In this document: positions 18,954-27,667 of the stretch, one piece after another
Position numbering within the stretch: the first letter of the stretch is position 1
Layout of the letters: each line of letters starts with the position of its first letter
Source of the DNA: a virus
Strand: one strand, 5' to 3'
Length of the DNA stretch: 64,000 nucleotides
Virus record (IMG/VR): IMGVR_UViG_3300046501_000233
Coordinates: 1-64,000 of that record
The notes under the pieces: generated by a model
The model's database searches: none
The model's input: the letters and a program-made list of their open reading frames with translations, nothing else
What the model was told of the DNA's origin: nothing
Program-made: the position numbers and the translations under genes

Positions 18954-18972
18954 TCCACCATCGCAAGACAAC

Positions 18973-18999
18973 ACGGTCGCCCTTCGGGGCGGCCGTTTT
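18973..18999 (+). terminator. Intrinsic terminator
   Basis: ACGGTCGCCC-TTCG-GGGCGGCCGT followed by TTT. Confidence 0.8.
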
Positions 19000-19013
19000 C
19001 AATGGGGACAGAA

Positions 19014-19487
19014 ATGACCGACATGAACTTCCAAGAATTTGCCGCTGAGGCAAGAAGACTTCTCCCACTTGTTGCTGGTGCAACCTGGGCAGCGAGCGAG
19101 ATGAAGCCGGCCTATCAGCACGCCTGCGACATCTCCGATATGTTTTACGACGGGCAGCCCGACTCGCATCCGTTGGTTCAGTCCGAGATGCATCTCCTGA
19201 TTAATCAGGACGGCAAGACGCTTGCTATCATCGGCAACACTATCTCCAGCAACGAACGCGCCCGTTTCCTTGCCGGCCTGATCCACTCGCTCCCCACACT
19301 CCTGGAGTTCGTTGAGAACCACACGGACGAACAGAAAGATGCCCGCATCATTGAGCTAATCAAGAGCAACAACGAGAAGCTCTTCGAAAATAGGAAGCAG
19401 CGCGAAGAGATCCGCGCGCTCAAGGCCCGCGAGGCTCGCCTACTCACCCTGATTTCCGACGAGATGCTCAACAAGGGGATCGACTGA
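19014..19487 (+). CDS. Hypothetical protein
   Basis: ORF coupled to the phosphatase gene. Confidence 0.55.
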   Translation: MTDMNFQEFAAEARRLLPLVAGATWAASEMKPAYQHACDISDMFYDGQPDSHPLVQSEMHLLINQDGKTLAIIGNTISSNERARFLAGLIHSLPTLLEFVENHTDEQKDARIIELIKSNNEKLFENRKQREEIRALKAREARLLTLISDEMLNKGID

Positions 19488-20182
19488 TGTCCAATATTTA
19501 CGCCATTCCAGACTTGCACGGTCGTCTCGATCTCCTCGAAGCCGCGCTCGTTGCCATTGAGGCCGACTCCAAGGGCACGCCGTATCAGGTCGTCACCCTG
19601 GGTGATTACATCGACCGCGGCCCGCACTCGAAGCAGGTGATCGACCGCATCATGGATGTGCAGTTCCACGGACTGCCGTTGATCGCACTCATGGGTAACC
19701 ATGAGCACATGATGCTGGCATCTATCGCCGGCCGCGAACCGCCGTCACTGTGGCTGCGCAACGGCGGCACAAAGACGCTAGAGTCCTACGGCGCTGACCT
19801 GTCGTCAGGCCAGTTCGATGCCCGTGACATTCCCGATGCGCATGTCCGCTGGTTGACCAATCTCCCGATGCGATACGTCGACGATCACCGCATCTATGTG
19901 CACGCCGGCATCATCCCCGACTACTCACTCGATGAGCAGGGGTCCGACATCATGCTGTGGATGCGTTATCCGGAGGGCTACGAATATGGCCACGGTGATC
20001 GCCATGTCGTGCACGGCCACACTCCGCACGCGGAGCCGCTGCGCTATTCGGGTCGCACGAACCTCGACACCAAGGCCTGGAAGACGGGTCGCCTGCACGT
20101 CGGCAAGTTCATCAACGAAATTCCCGGCGGTCCGGTGGAGATTCTGGAGCTGACGGCACCCAACGCCACAATCTTGCCATAA
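19487..20182 (+). CDS. Ser/Thr protein phosphatase-like metallophosphoesterase (lambda NinI/PphA family)
   Basis: DLHG, LGDYIDRG, GNHE, VHAG, VHGHTP. Confidence 0.9.
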   Translation: MSNIYAIPDLHGRLDLLEAALVAIEADSKGTPYQVVTLGDYIDRGPHSKQVIDRIMDVQFHGLPLIALMGNHEHMMLASIAGREPPSLWLRNGGTKTLESYGADLSSGQFDARDIPDAHVRWLTNLPMRYVDDHRIYVHAGIIPDYSLDEQGSDIMLWMRYPEGYEYGHGDRHVVHGHTPHAEPLRYSGRTNLDTKAWKTGRLHVGKFINEIPGGPVEILELTAPNATILP

Positions 20183-20216
20183 CCCTTGCAAGAATGCTAA
20201 GGAGCAAAACAAACAA

Positions 20217-20504
20217 ATGACTAGCATTGAGGATCGCTTCAACGACTTCCACGCCACCAACCCGGAAGTCTACCGATTGTTCGATCGCTTCACCCGCGAA
20301 GTGATCAAGCAGGGCCACCCACGCTTTTCAGCCGACGCAATCCTGCATCGGATCCGGTGGGAAACAACGGTCGTCACTCGCGGCGACCAGTTCAAAATCA
20401 ACGACCACTTCAGTGCCTACTACGCCCGCACCTGGATGGCCGCCAATCCGAAACACGATGGGTTCTTTGCGACCCGCACACTCCGCGAGGCGCTGGCAGC
20501 ATGA
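20217..20504 (+). CDS. Conserved phage hypothetical protein
   Basis: FHATNPEVY...IRWET...FKINDHFSAYYAR. Confidence 0.65.
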   Translation: MTSIEDRFNDFHATNPEVYRLFDRFTREVIKQGHPRFSADAILHRIRWETTVVTRGDQFKINDHFSAYYARTWMAANPKHDGFFATRTLREALAA

Positions 20505-21340
20505 CGATTTCAGCAACGAAGATCCTACACAGCGTCACGAGCACTGCAGTGGACATCAAAACCGTCCTCGCCCGCTACCCGCGTTTCATACACGCCGAGC
20601 TGATGACGCACCGCGTGTTCAGCCGCAACGCTTCCAGCTCTCGCGCCATCCCTGTATTGCGCCTGCTTCGAGACATCCTGCGCGACCCGGCGATGCCCAT
20701 CCACTGGGGCAAGAATCAGCCCGGTATGCAGGCCAATGAAGAGCTGGGGCCGGTGGCCAAGTTCCTGATGCGCACGCTGTGGCTCACCGGCATGTATCTG
20801 ATGGTGGCGATCGCCTACCTGGGGCACCTGCTCGGCGTCCACAAGCAGGTCGTCAACCGCCTCGTCGAGCCATGGTCGCACATCAACGTCCTGATCACTG
20901 CGACGGAATGGGAGAACTTCTTCGAGCTGCGCGACCACAAGGATGCACAGCCGGAGATCAAGGCTCTAGCCCAGGCGATTAAGGCGGCGTTCGCCGACAG
21001 CGTCCCGGATGTCCTTGAATATGACGATTGGCACCTGCCCTTTATCACTCCGGACCAGAAGGCATCTCGCAACGCCTTCACGCTCGACCTGATCAAGATG
21101 TCGGTCGCCCGCTGCGCTCGCACTTCGTATCTGACGCACGATGGCACCGCGCCGTGGCCCGACCGTGACATCAAGCTCTATGACAAGCTCGTTGGCTCTC
21201 GTCCGCTCCACGCCTCGCCGGCTGAGCATCAGGTTCGGTCTGTTTATTTCGTCAACGACAACGACCTTGGGGGAAACCTCGGCCCCGGCGTCGTTCAGTA
21301 CCGCAAGATCCTCGAACGCAAGATGAAGGAAGCCGCATGA
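20501..21340 (+). CDS. thyX: FAD-dependent thymidylate synthase
   Basis: ELMTHRVFSRNASSSRA, FFELR...AQPEI, ARCARTSY, HASPAEH. Confidence 0.9.
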   Translation: MTISATKILHSVTSTAVDIKTVLARYPRFIHAELMTHRVFSRNASSSRAIPVLRLLRDILRDPAMPIHWGKNQPGMQANEELGPVAKFLMRTLWLTGMYLMVAIAYLGHLLGVHKQVVNRLVEPWSHINVLITATEWENFFELRDHKDAQPEIKALAQAIKAAFADSVPDVLEYDDWHLPFITPDQKASRNAFTLDLIKMSVARCARTSYLTHDGTAPWPDRDIKLYDKLVGSRPLHASPAEHQVRSVYFVNDNDLGGNLGPGVVQYRKILERKMKEAA

Positions 21341-21681
21341 CAGTGAAGCCAGCAACCGCATTCTACGCCACGTCGATCGAGCACAAGGATCTGTCCGGCC
21401 ACTTCATGGGTAGCTTCGCCATTCCTGGCCTGCCCCCGCAGTGGGTTACCAAGCCGGACGGCCAGCCGAGGCACTTTCGAACAGCGGTGGAAGCGGAGCT
21501 GGCTGCCTTTCGGGTGCTCCTCTCGAAACTCAATCGGGCGCGAGACGAACAGAGGTTTCAGACCAAGCGTGATGCGAAGCGCGAGAAGGCCAAGAACCAG
21601 ATCGTCTCGTATCACGCCCCTGAGCCCAGCGTCGCCGATCGCCGCCACACAGTAGAGTCCGTGTTCGGACAAAGGGATTGA
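21337..21681 (+). CDS. Hypothetical protein
   Basis: ATGA overlap. Confidence 0.55.
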   Translation: MTVKPATAFYATSIEHKDLSGHFMGSFAIPGLPPQWVTKPDGQPRHFRTAVEAELAAFRVLLSKLNRARDEQRFQTKRDAKREKAKNQIVSYHAPEPSVADRRHTVESVFGQRD

Positions 21682-21682
21682 A

Positions 21683-22078
21683 ATGCCACACGCGGCAAAT
21701 GACCCAGACAGCAGGTACGATCAGATCAAGACCAACGTCGGAATGATCGATGCCGACACGCCAATGAGACTTGAGGACGCGGTCAAGATCGCCTTCCCTC
21801 TCGGCGGCATGACGGTCGCAGGTCTTCGCAAGGAGATCGACAAGGGAAATCTTGTGGTAGAGAAAATTGCAAATAAGCATTTTACTACCCTCGGTAACAT
21901 CAAGCGTATGAGAGACAAATGTCGCAAAACGGAAAAGGACCACGACTCTATCGTCGATCTCGATCAGACGGTCGTGACGACGTATGGGTCGTCCGAGACG
22001 GATCAAAGTTCGTCAGCACAGGAGTCGCTGCAGCACCTGGTAAGCATGCGCCGCCGGAAGCAGCGCAAGAGTTCCTGA
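21683..22078 (+). CDS. Excisionase-like winged-helix protein
   Basis: LEDAVKIAFPLGGMTVAGLRKEIDKGNL...FTTLGNIKRM; overlaps the 5' end of the integrase. Confidence 0.6.
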   Translation: MPHAANDPDSRYDQIKTNVGMIDADTPMRLEDAVKIAFPLGGMTVAGLRKEIDKGNLVVEKIANKHFTTLGNIKRMRDKCRKTEKDHDSIVDLDQTVVTTYGSSETDQSSSAQESLQHLVSMRRRKQRKSS

Positions 22079-23148
22079 AGGATTACCTCGCCGCCAAGTT
22101 CGATCCGAACCGGAAGCTGCGAGATATTGATCGTATCCCGATCACCGATGTCCTGCGCATTTACCTCGTTGACCGGATCAAGGATTACGACGAGGAGACG
22201 CAGGAACACCTGATCCGGCGCTTGGAGGCATCGATCCTCCGCCTCGATAAATATTTCGGCAAGTACAAGCTGGGTCAGATCACGACCGATCTGACCAACG
22301 GCTATACGGCCAGTCGCATAGGCGCGCGGGCTAAGCGCAAGGGCGGACGACCCGGAGGCAAGGGCGGATCGCGGCGCGATCTGGAGAACCTACGTTCCGC
22401 AATCGGCCACCACGCAAAGCAAAATCTCCATCATGGCATCGTGCATATCGACCTCCCCGAAAAGGGTGGGCCGCGCGAACGATGGTTGACGCGAAGTGAA
22501 GCTGCCCACCTCATCTGGAAGTGCTGGCGCTATCGCGAAGAGCAGACAATTCATCGCGGCGAGAACAAGGGCGTGAAGATCAAGACGGGCAAGTACACGC
22601 TCCGTCACGTCGCCAAGTTCATCCTGATCGGGCTCTATACAGGAACCCGCGCGGCGTCGATCGCATCCGCTTCGATCCATAAGGCGCCCGGCAAGGCCTA
22701 CGTCGATCTGGACGAAGGCCTCTATTACCGGAAGCGGATTGGCCACAAGGAGACCAACAAGCGGCAACCGACAATGCCGATCCCGGATCGTCTCCTCGCG
22801 CACATGCGCCGTTGGGTCGACAAGGGGATCGTCGCGAGCCATTTCGTTGAGTGGCATGGCCGGCCGGTCATGAGCGTGAAGACCGGAATGGCGAGCGCGG
22901 TAGAGCTGGCTGAGCTTGACCTGACGGAGGGTAACGTCACGCCTCACACGCTGCGCCACACCGCGGCGACCTGGCTGATGCAGCAGGGTGTCGAGCTATG
23001 GCAGGCGGCCGGATATCTCGGAATGTCGGAGAAGACCCTGATCGACAACTACGGTCATCATCACCCCGACTACATGCGAGATGCGGCTGCAATGATCACT
23101 CAGAAGCGAAAGATCACGCGGTCACGTTTGGGACGGCGCATAGCGTAG
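21919..23148 (+). CDS. int: Tyrosine recombinase / phage integrase
   Basis: YTGTR, TNKR, PHTLRHTAATW, YGHH catalytic motifs; adjacent att core. Confidence 0.93.
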   Translation: MSQNGKGPRLYRRSRSDGRDDVWVVRDGSKFVSTGVAAAPGKHAPPEAAQEFLKDYLAAKFDPNRKLRDIDRIPITDVLRIYLVDRIKDYDEETQEHLIRRLEASILRLDKYFGKYKLGQITTDLTNGYTASRIGARAKRKGGRPGGKGGSRRDLENLRSAIGHHAKQNLHHGIVHIDLPEKGGPRERWLTRSEAAHLIWKCWRYREEQTIHRGENKGVKIKTGKYTLRHVAKFILIGLYTGTRAASIASASIHKAPGKAYVDLDEGLYYRKRIGHKETNKRQPTMPIPDRLLAHMRRWVDKGIVASHFVEWHGRPVMSVKTGMASAVELAELDLTEGNVTPHTLRHTAATWLMQQGVELWQAAGYLGMSEKTLIDNYGHHHPDYMRDAAAMITQKRKITRSRLGRRIA

Positions 23149-23182
23149 CAAACCCCTTCAGTTATAGGGTTTGCTGCGTTTT
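23144..23182 (+). terminator. Intrinsic terminator after int
   Basis: CGTAGCAAACCC...GGGTTTGCTGCG followed by TTTT. Confidence 0.7.
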
Positions 23183-23187
23183 CATTC

Positions 23188-23394
23188 GGGGCACAGGCGG
23201 GGCACAGAATGAACGTGAACAAACAGGGAAAACCAGCCTAAATCGGAGACTAAAAGTGCAATTAGATCAAGAACTTAGAGGTTAGTCATTACGCTCATAA
23301 CGGTCTGGTTCCTGGTTCGAGTCCAGGCAGGCCCACCAATGATTTCAAGCACTTACAGAAGTGCTAAAATTTCGGGGCACAGTTTGGGGCACAG
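23188..23394. mobile_element. attP site: tRNA-derived core flanked by arm-type repeats and IHF-like boxes
   Basis: GGGGCACAG at 23188, 23199, 23374 and 23386; GATCAAGAACTTA at 23265 and TTTCAAGCACTTA at 23343 resemble WATCAANNNNTTR. Confidence 0.8.
23292..23338 (+). pseudogene. 3' half of a CAU-anticodon tRNA (probably tRNA-Ile2), att core; not a complete tRNA
   Basis: CGCTCATAACGGTCTGGTT CCTGG TTCGAGT CCAGG CAGGCCCA CCA gives anticodon loop, T-arm and CCA; D-arm and 5' acceptor strand are absent. Confidence 0.85.
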
Positions 23395-23458
23395 ATTGGT
23401 TTATGATCTGTCCTTCATTCGTCCACGATAATCTTCCTAAAATTCGGAGAATGAGAAC

Positions 23459-23731
23459 ATGACGAAGATGTCTATCAGCACAGCTATGGCTGTCGCAATT
23501 ACCCTCCTCGGCGCCTCTGCGGCGGTCGCTGAGAAGCCCTACGCGACCCCGACACGCGATGGCCGCGAGCGCTTGATGCGCACTGGCACCTGCCCGACTG
23601 GCTACGTCGGCAAGGGCGACAAGTGCGAAGCTTTCGATCGCGACACACCCCGCGCCTACCCAAAGATCGAGGGCGCGTCCTGTCCGTCCGGGACGTTCAG
23701 GAGCGGCGACTTCTGCAAGGCGTTTCGGTGA
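23459..23731 (+). CDS. Secreted small Cys-rich protein
   Basis: Signal peptide; two CPxG...C repeats. Confidence 0.65.
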   Translation: MTKMSISTAMAVAITLLGASAAVAEKPYATPTRDGRERLMRTGTCPTGYVGKGDKCEAFDRDTPRAYPKIEGASCPSGTFRSGDFCKAFR

Positions 23732-23916
23732 TGTCTCAGATGATCACGAGGATCCGCTGCTTGCTCGGGCTGCATGACTTCGAGGAGAAGGATATCTGGA
23801 ACCAAGAAGGCGAGTTCAGCCACTTCGATCTCAGGTGCCGTCACTGCCCCGCTCATTTCGAGCAGTGGACTGACAGGCTTACCGGGAAAGATCGCCGGGT
23901 AAAGGTCGCCCGATGA
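23731..23916 (+). CDS. Small Zn-binding-like protein
   Basis: CLLGLHDF...CRHC; coupled ORF. Confidence 0.5.
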   Translation: MSQMITRIRCLLGLHDFEEKDIWNQEGEFSHFDLRCRHCPAHFEQWTDRLTGKDRRVKVAR

Positions 23917-24125
23917 TCTTCGATGAACTGCGATGGGTCGACCTGACGGTGGGCGGGGATAAATGGCAAGTGCAGCGGGATTACACCTGCCCACCCGATT
24001 TCCCAGGTGCATACCGTCATCGGTCCATCAAAGAATTACGCACCCTGCGCGGCTGGGTAGATGGTCAGGCTCCCGAGTGGAGCGAAGGCCGCCCGCCCAG
24101 CGGCCCTCATTCGGAGAAGCGATAA
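23913..24125 (+). CDS. Hypothetical protein
   Basis: Coupled ORF. Confidence 0.45.
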   Translation: MIFDELRWVDLTVGGDKWQVQRDYTCPPDFPGAYRHRSIKELRTLRGWVDGQAPEWSEGRPPSGPHSEKR

Positions 24126-24556
24126 TGTTGCCCGGCCAGCTCGATATGTTCGGCGACACAGACCTCATTGTGCGCACGCCCGCTCCGTCCGTGGCGCCCG
24201 CACCAGCGATTGATCCCGGCAAGCTGGATCTCGCGGCGAGACGTGTTGCCATCGCCTCATACCTCTATTATCGGCACGACACGTCCATGATGTCGGACTC
24301 GGACTTCGACCAGCTCTGCAATCAGGTCGCCGACAATTGGGAACTGCTCTCGCCGCTCCGGCGGTTTATGCTGGGGTCTCCGGAAGAGATCCGGGCGAGC
24401 GGATACCACGTCTTGATGACCGACCACGCGATCAGCTCGGCGCACTCATGGCTCCGCGAAAATAATCTGTCCGGCAACGTGAATGCCGGCGCCCCGACCC
24501 AGTATAAGTTCAGCAAGGAGCATCAGCTCCACTGGACCTCAATAGTCTCACGATAG
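24125..24556 (+). CDS. Stand-alone protein resembling NAD-dependent ligase domain Ia
   Basis: SYLYYRHDTSMMSDSDFDQL resembles LigA Ia YY..D.P.ISD.EYD.L; N-terminal QLDMF. Confidence 0.6.
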   Translation: MLPGQLDMFGDTDLIVRTPAPSVAPAPAIDPGKLDLAARRVAIASYLYYRHDTSMMSDSDFDQLCNQVADNWELLSPLRRFMLGSPEEIRASGYHVLMTDHAISSAHSWLRENNLSGNVNAGAPTQYKFSKEHQLHWTSIVSR

Positions 24557-24563
24557 GAAGACC

Positions 24564-24812
24564 ATGCGAACCTTGATCATCGGCGCCATCCTGGCGCTCA
24601 ACCTGACCCCCGCCCTTGCCTGCTCGCCGGCACCATCCTGCTGGATCGACGAAGGCGGCCCGAAGTCGTCCTATCTCAAGGGCATCTGCCGCGGCTATGC
24701 CAAGGACAAGCGCACCGTCGAAGACATTAAGGGCTATGTCGACGAGCCCGAGAAGATGCCGCAGTTCGTCAGCGCCTGCAAAGCGCTCGGCGTGACCTTC
24801 AAGGAGAAATAA
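24564..24812 (+). CDS. Secreted small Cys-containing protein
   Basis: Signal peptide (ALA-C); four Cys. Confidence 0.65.
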   Translation: MRTLIIGAILALNLTPALACSPAPSCWIDEGGPKSSYLKGICRGYAKDKRTVEDIKGYVDEPEKMPQFVSACKALGVTFKEK

Positions 24813-25051
24813 TGCGGGAGAATTGGAAGCACCTCAGAGGCGGGATCTATATCGTGCGGACCCAGGCCGGCTTGCGCAAAGCGATACGGCACCACGCTAA
24901 CGATCCACAGATGGAGGTGTTTGGCCGGCCGACTTCCTACCCGTGTCTTGTCGCCCTCTCCGTTGGCTATAGCGGACGGGAATGGGTTCGCGTCGATGCG
25001 ATTCCCTTCAACTTGCTAACGCAGGCGATTACAGAGAGTGACGCGGCATGA
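24812..25051 (+). CDS. Hypothetical protein
   Basis: TAATG coupling. Confidence 0.5.
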   Translation: MRENWKHLRGGIYIVRTQAGLRKAIRHHANDPQMEVFGRPTSYPCLVALSVGYSGREWVRVDAIPFNLLTQAITESDAA

Positions 25052-25443
25052 GCGTGATGCTGGCATTCGGCGGCCGGAAATATCGGAACAAGGCGCGGCT
25101 GTTTCTCGTCCTGGACGAGGAGCACGAGCGCGAGCCGATCACCCTGCTGATTGAGGGTGAAGCTCCAGGCGCCGATAAGCTGTCACGCAAATGGGCGGAA
25201 GCCAGAGGCGTCGAGGTTCTCCCCTTCCCTGCGGATTGGGATGACATCGATCGCCCTGGTGCCGTTGTCAGGAAGAGCCGCTCCGGCAAGCTGTACGATG
25301 CCGCGGCGGGGCCGTTTCGAAATATGAAGATGTTGCGCGAGGGCCGCCCCGATCGCGCGGTCGGTTTCGCTGGCGGCAGCGGGACACGGGATATGCGAGT
25401 CCAGTGCCTCGAATACGGTCTCACGCCACGAATGCATCCATAG
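25048..25443 (+). CDS. YspA-like SLOG / DUF2493 protein
   Basis: FGGRKY, IEGEAPGAD, FPADW, AAGPFRNMKML, FAGGSGTRDM. Confidence 0.8.
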   Translation: MSVMLAFGGRKYRNKARLFLVLDEEHEREPITLLIEGEAPGADKLSRKWAEARGVEVLPFPADWDDIDRPGAVVRKSRSGKLYDAAAGPFRNMKMLREGRPDRAVGFAGGSGTRDMRVQCLEYGLTPRMHP

Positions 25444-25753
25444 AGGCGGTCGCCGGCTGGGACATCGCTCCGGGAAACGTCAGGATGTTCTCGTTGTCCG
25501 GGACGAAAGTGACATCGCTGGCCAGCTCGATCGCATCGAAATTGATGATCGTGCTCGGACAACACATCCAGGCATCAAACCAGTCTGGGATCGAGTTGCG
25601 TTCCAACGCCTCCCAAATAGCGTCAATGCCGCGCATTAATCTTATCACGGTTGAGGCCTGAAGGTTTGCACCCTCGGTGTCGTCAGGGGCTGCAACATAA
25701 TTCCCCCTGAGCTTGGTAATCGTGTGGCCCTCGTAAGCAAACACGCTCTTCAT
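25421..25753 (-). CDS. Hypothetical protein, lone counter-oriented gene
   Basis: ORF MKSVFAYEGH... preceded by a TGCA-box region. Confidence 0.5.
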   Translation of the reverse strand: MKSVFAYEGHTITKLRGNYVAAPDDTEGANLQASTVIRLMRGIDAIWEALERNSIPDWFDAWMCCPSTIINFDAIELASDVTFVPDNENILTFPGAMSQPATASMDAFVA

Positions 25754-26041
25754 GATCTTTTGTGTACCACCATTCGTTGAGCCCCCGCGGGCTCCAATGT
25801 TTGTTTGCATACGAGTCCCAGTAGGAAAATGCAAGCAATGGTAAAGAACAAACTAGGAACATATCCACAGCATTTAGACCTGATTAACGAACTGTTGCGT
25901 CGCAGCACACGGCGAGAGTGCTAATTTAGCAGGAACTTGAGGCATTTGTGGTATCGGAGTGTCATAATCCCGACGCTCGCCTAAAACTTGACGTTCAGCT
26001 CCGTTTGCATTAATCGAAATGCAAATGCAAATGGAGAGGTC

Positions 26042-26851
26042 ATGCTGAGTCGAATGTTTCGCGGTATTACAGCGCTAATCACCGGTAAAACCGCCCCGAT
26101 TAATATCGGTTCATCTGAGATGAAGGTTCCTTTTGAAGAAACCTCCACACTGATGAATGTTACGGCACGGATGCCCGCGTTTCAGTCGCCAGTAATTCGG
26201 GCGACCTTCAGCGGTTCTGTGGCACCGATGCGGCAGGTTGTCGCAGTCACCAAAATTTCACGCTTTCGTCGCTCGCAGGAAGAGATCGAGCTGGGCCTAA
26301 CTCGTGAGCAGGCCGAGGCTCGCCGTGCTCAGCAGGCGCCTCTCTATTCGAAGGGGCCAAAGGCTTGGCCGAAGCCGCACACTGTCGTGGTGAAGGAAGA
26401 CGGCGCCATCATCTCCACTCCGATCGTCTCCTCGACGTTGGGCCGGTCCATTGCCAGCCCAGAGAAGCCCGCCAAGCGCTTCCGCCGCACTCCCGCGGAG
26501 ATCGAGGCCGGCTTGACGATCGAGCAAGCCAGAGCCCAGCGCCAAGGCGTTATGACAGCAACCCACGGCATCCCCGCCGGCACCGGCCGCATTGGCTCCT
26601 TCGTCAAGCCGACCGTGTACGTCGAACGCCCCGCTGCCCCGCTGCGCGGAACGGCGGATCTGATCACTACCATCGATCCCAAGCTGCAGGCCCGCGCCAC
26701 GGTGATGACCCGCATGCGTCGCGGCAATACCAAGGGCGTGATCACGAAGGAGATGCTCGACGCCGCCATGGAGTTCACCGGCAAGGTGACGAAGTGCCCG
26801 CCCTGCACAGACAGCGATGGCTACAACCATCTGACGGGAGAGCAGGCATGA
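26042..26851 (+). CDS. Hypothetical protein with duplicated RFRR-x3-EIE motif
   Basis: GGAGAGG RBS; RFRRSQEEIELGLTREQA and RFRRTPAEIEAGLTIEQA. Confidence 0.65.
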   Translation: MLSRMFRGITALITGKTAPINIGSSEMKVPFEETSTLMNVTARMPAFQSPVIRATFSGSVAPMRQVVAVTKISRFRRSQEEIELGLTREQAEARRAQQAPLYSKGPKAWPKPHTVVVKEDGAIISTPIVSSTLGRSIASPEKPAKRFRRTPAEIEAGLTIEQARAQRQGVMTATHGIPAGTGRIGSFVKPTVYVERPAAPLRGTADLITTIDPKLQARATVMTRMRRGNTKGVITKEMLDAAMEFTGKVTKCPPCTDSDGYNHLTGEQA

Positions 26852-27297
26852 CGACGGCCCGCACTCAGCTCTTCTGGGACACCTACTTCCTCGGCATCGC
26901 TTCCAAGGTGGCCGCGGCCAGTAAGGATCCCAGCACCAAGGTCGGTGCCATCATCGTGCGCCCTGACCGCACGATCGCTTCTCTTGGCTACAACGGATTT
27001 CCCCGTGGGATTGCGGACACCGCCGAGCGCCTGAACGATCGCGACACCAAGCTGGAACTGGTCGTCCACGGCGAGATCAATGCGATCCTCAGCGCCCGCG
27101 AGCCTCTGTACGGCTACACGCTCTACACCTGGCCATTCCTGACGTGCGCGAAGTGCGCCTTGCAGGTGATCCAAGCAGGCATCAAGCGCGTCGTCGCGCC
27201 GCTCGTCATCAATGAGCGCTGGGAAGCGTCATTCCAGGCGTCGCAGCGGCTGTACGACGAGGCCAATGTTCAGTGGGCACTGATCGATGAGGCTTGA
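26848..27297 (+). CDS. dCMP deaminase family protein
   Basis: SKDPSTKVGA, GYNGFPRG, HGEINAI, TCAKCA...QAGIKRV. Confidence 0.9.
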   Translation: MTTARTQLFWDTYFLGIASKVAAASKDPSTKVGAIIVRPDRTIASLGYNGFPRGIADTAERLNDRDTKLELVVHGEINAILSAREPLYGYTLYTWPFLTCAKCALQVIQAGIKRVVAPLVINERWEASFQASQRLYDEANVQWALIDEA

Positions 27298-27586
27298 GGA
27301 CTGGCCTCTGCCCTACGTGCGGGTGGGCTGCTCCAAATGCGATCGTGAGGGCCGCGTCGCCAAGGCGCGTCTCATCGAGCGCTTCGGTCCCGACCGCATG
27401 ATGTACGTCGTCCGCGCGAGACTGACGGAAGAGAGCTGCAGCCGGCCCGACAAGAAGGTGCCCTGCCAGTCGATCTTGCCCGACGCGCTTCTGGTGCAGG
27501 CGATCACCGCAGAGGACGACAAGGATGTCCTCAAGCCCAACCTGCTCCCGGAGGCTCGGGAGTGGCGCCAGAAGCTGAAGTCGTAA
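27287..27586 (+). CDS. Small Cys-motif hypothetical protein
   Basis: CSKCDREGR...LIERFGPD...C...C. Confidence 0.6.
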   Translation: MRLEDWPLPYVRVGCSKCDREGRVAKARLIERFGPDRMMYVVRARLTEESCSRPDKKVPCQSILPDALLVQAITAEDDKDVLKPNLLPEAREWRQKLKS

Positions 27587-27667
27587 CCGCTGCTGCCAAG
27601 GGCCGAACTGCGCCCGGAGGCTTGCATGCATGCAAATGGAATGCGCGTGACCCTTATCAGACCAACG

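Noticed and set aside
23292-23338. Functional phage tRNA gene
   Set aside because: No 5' acceptor strand or D-arm and the anticodon stem is broken; it is an att core
25904-25924. CIRCE (HrcA) element suggested by GAGTGCTAA
   Set aside because: The left arm is degenerate and the spacer is 5 rather than 9 nt
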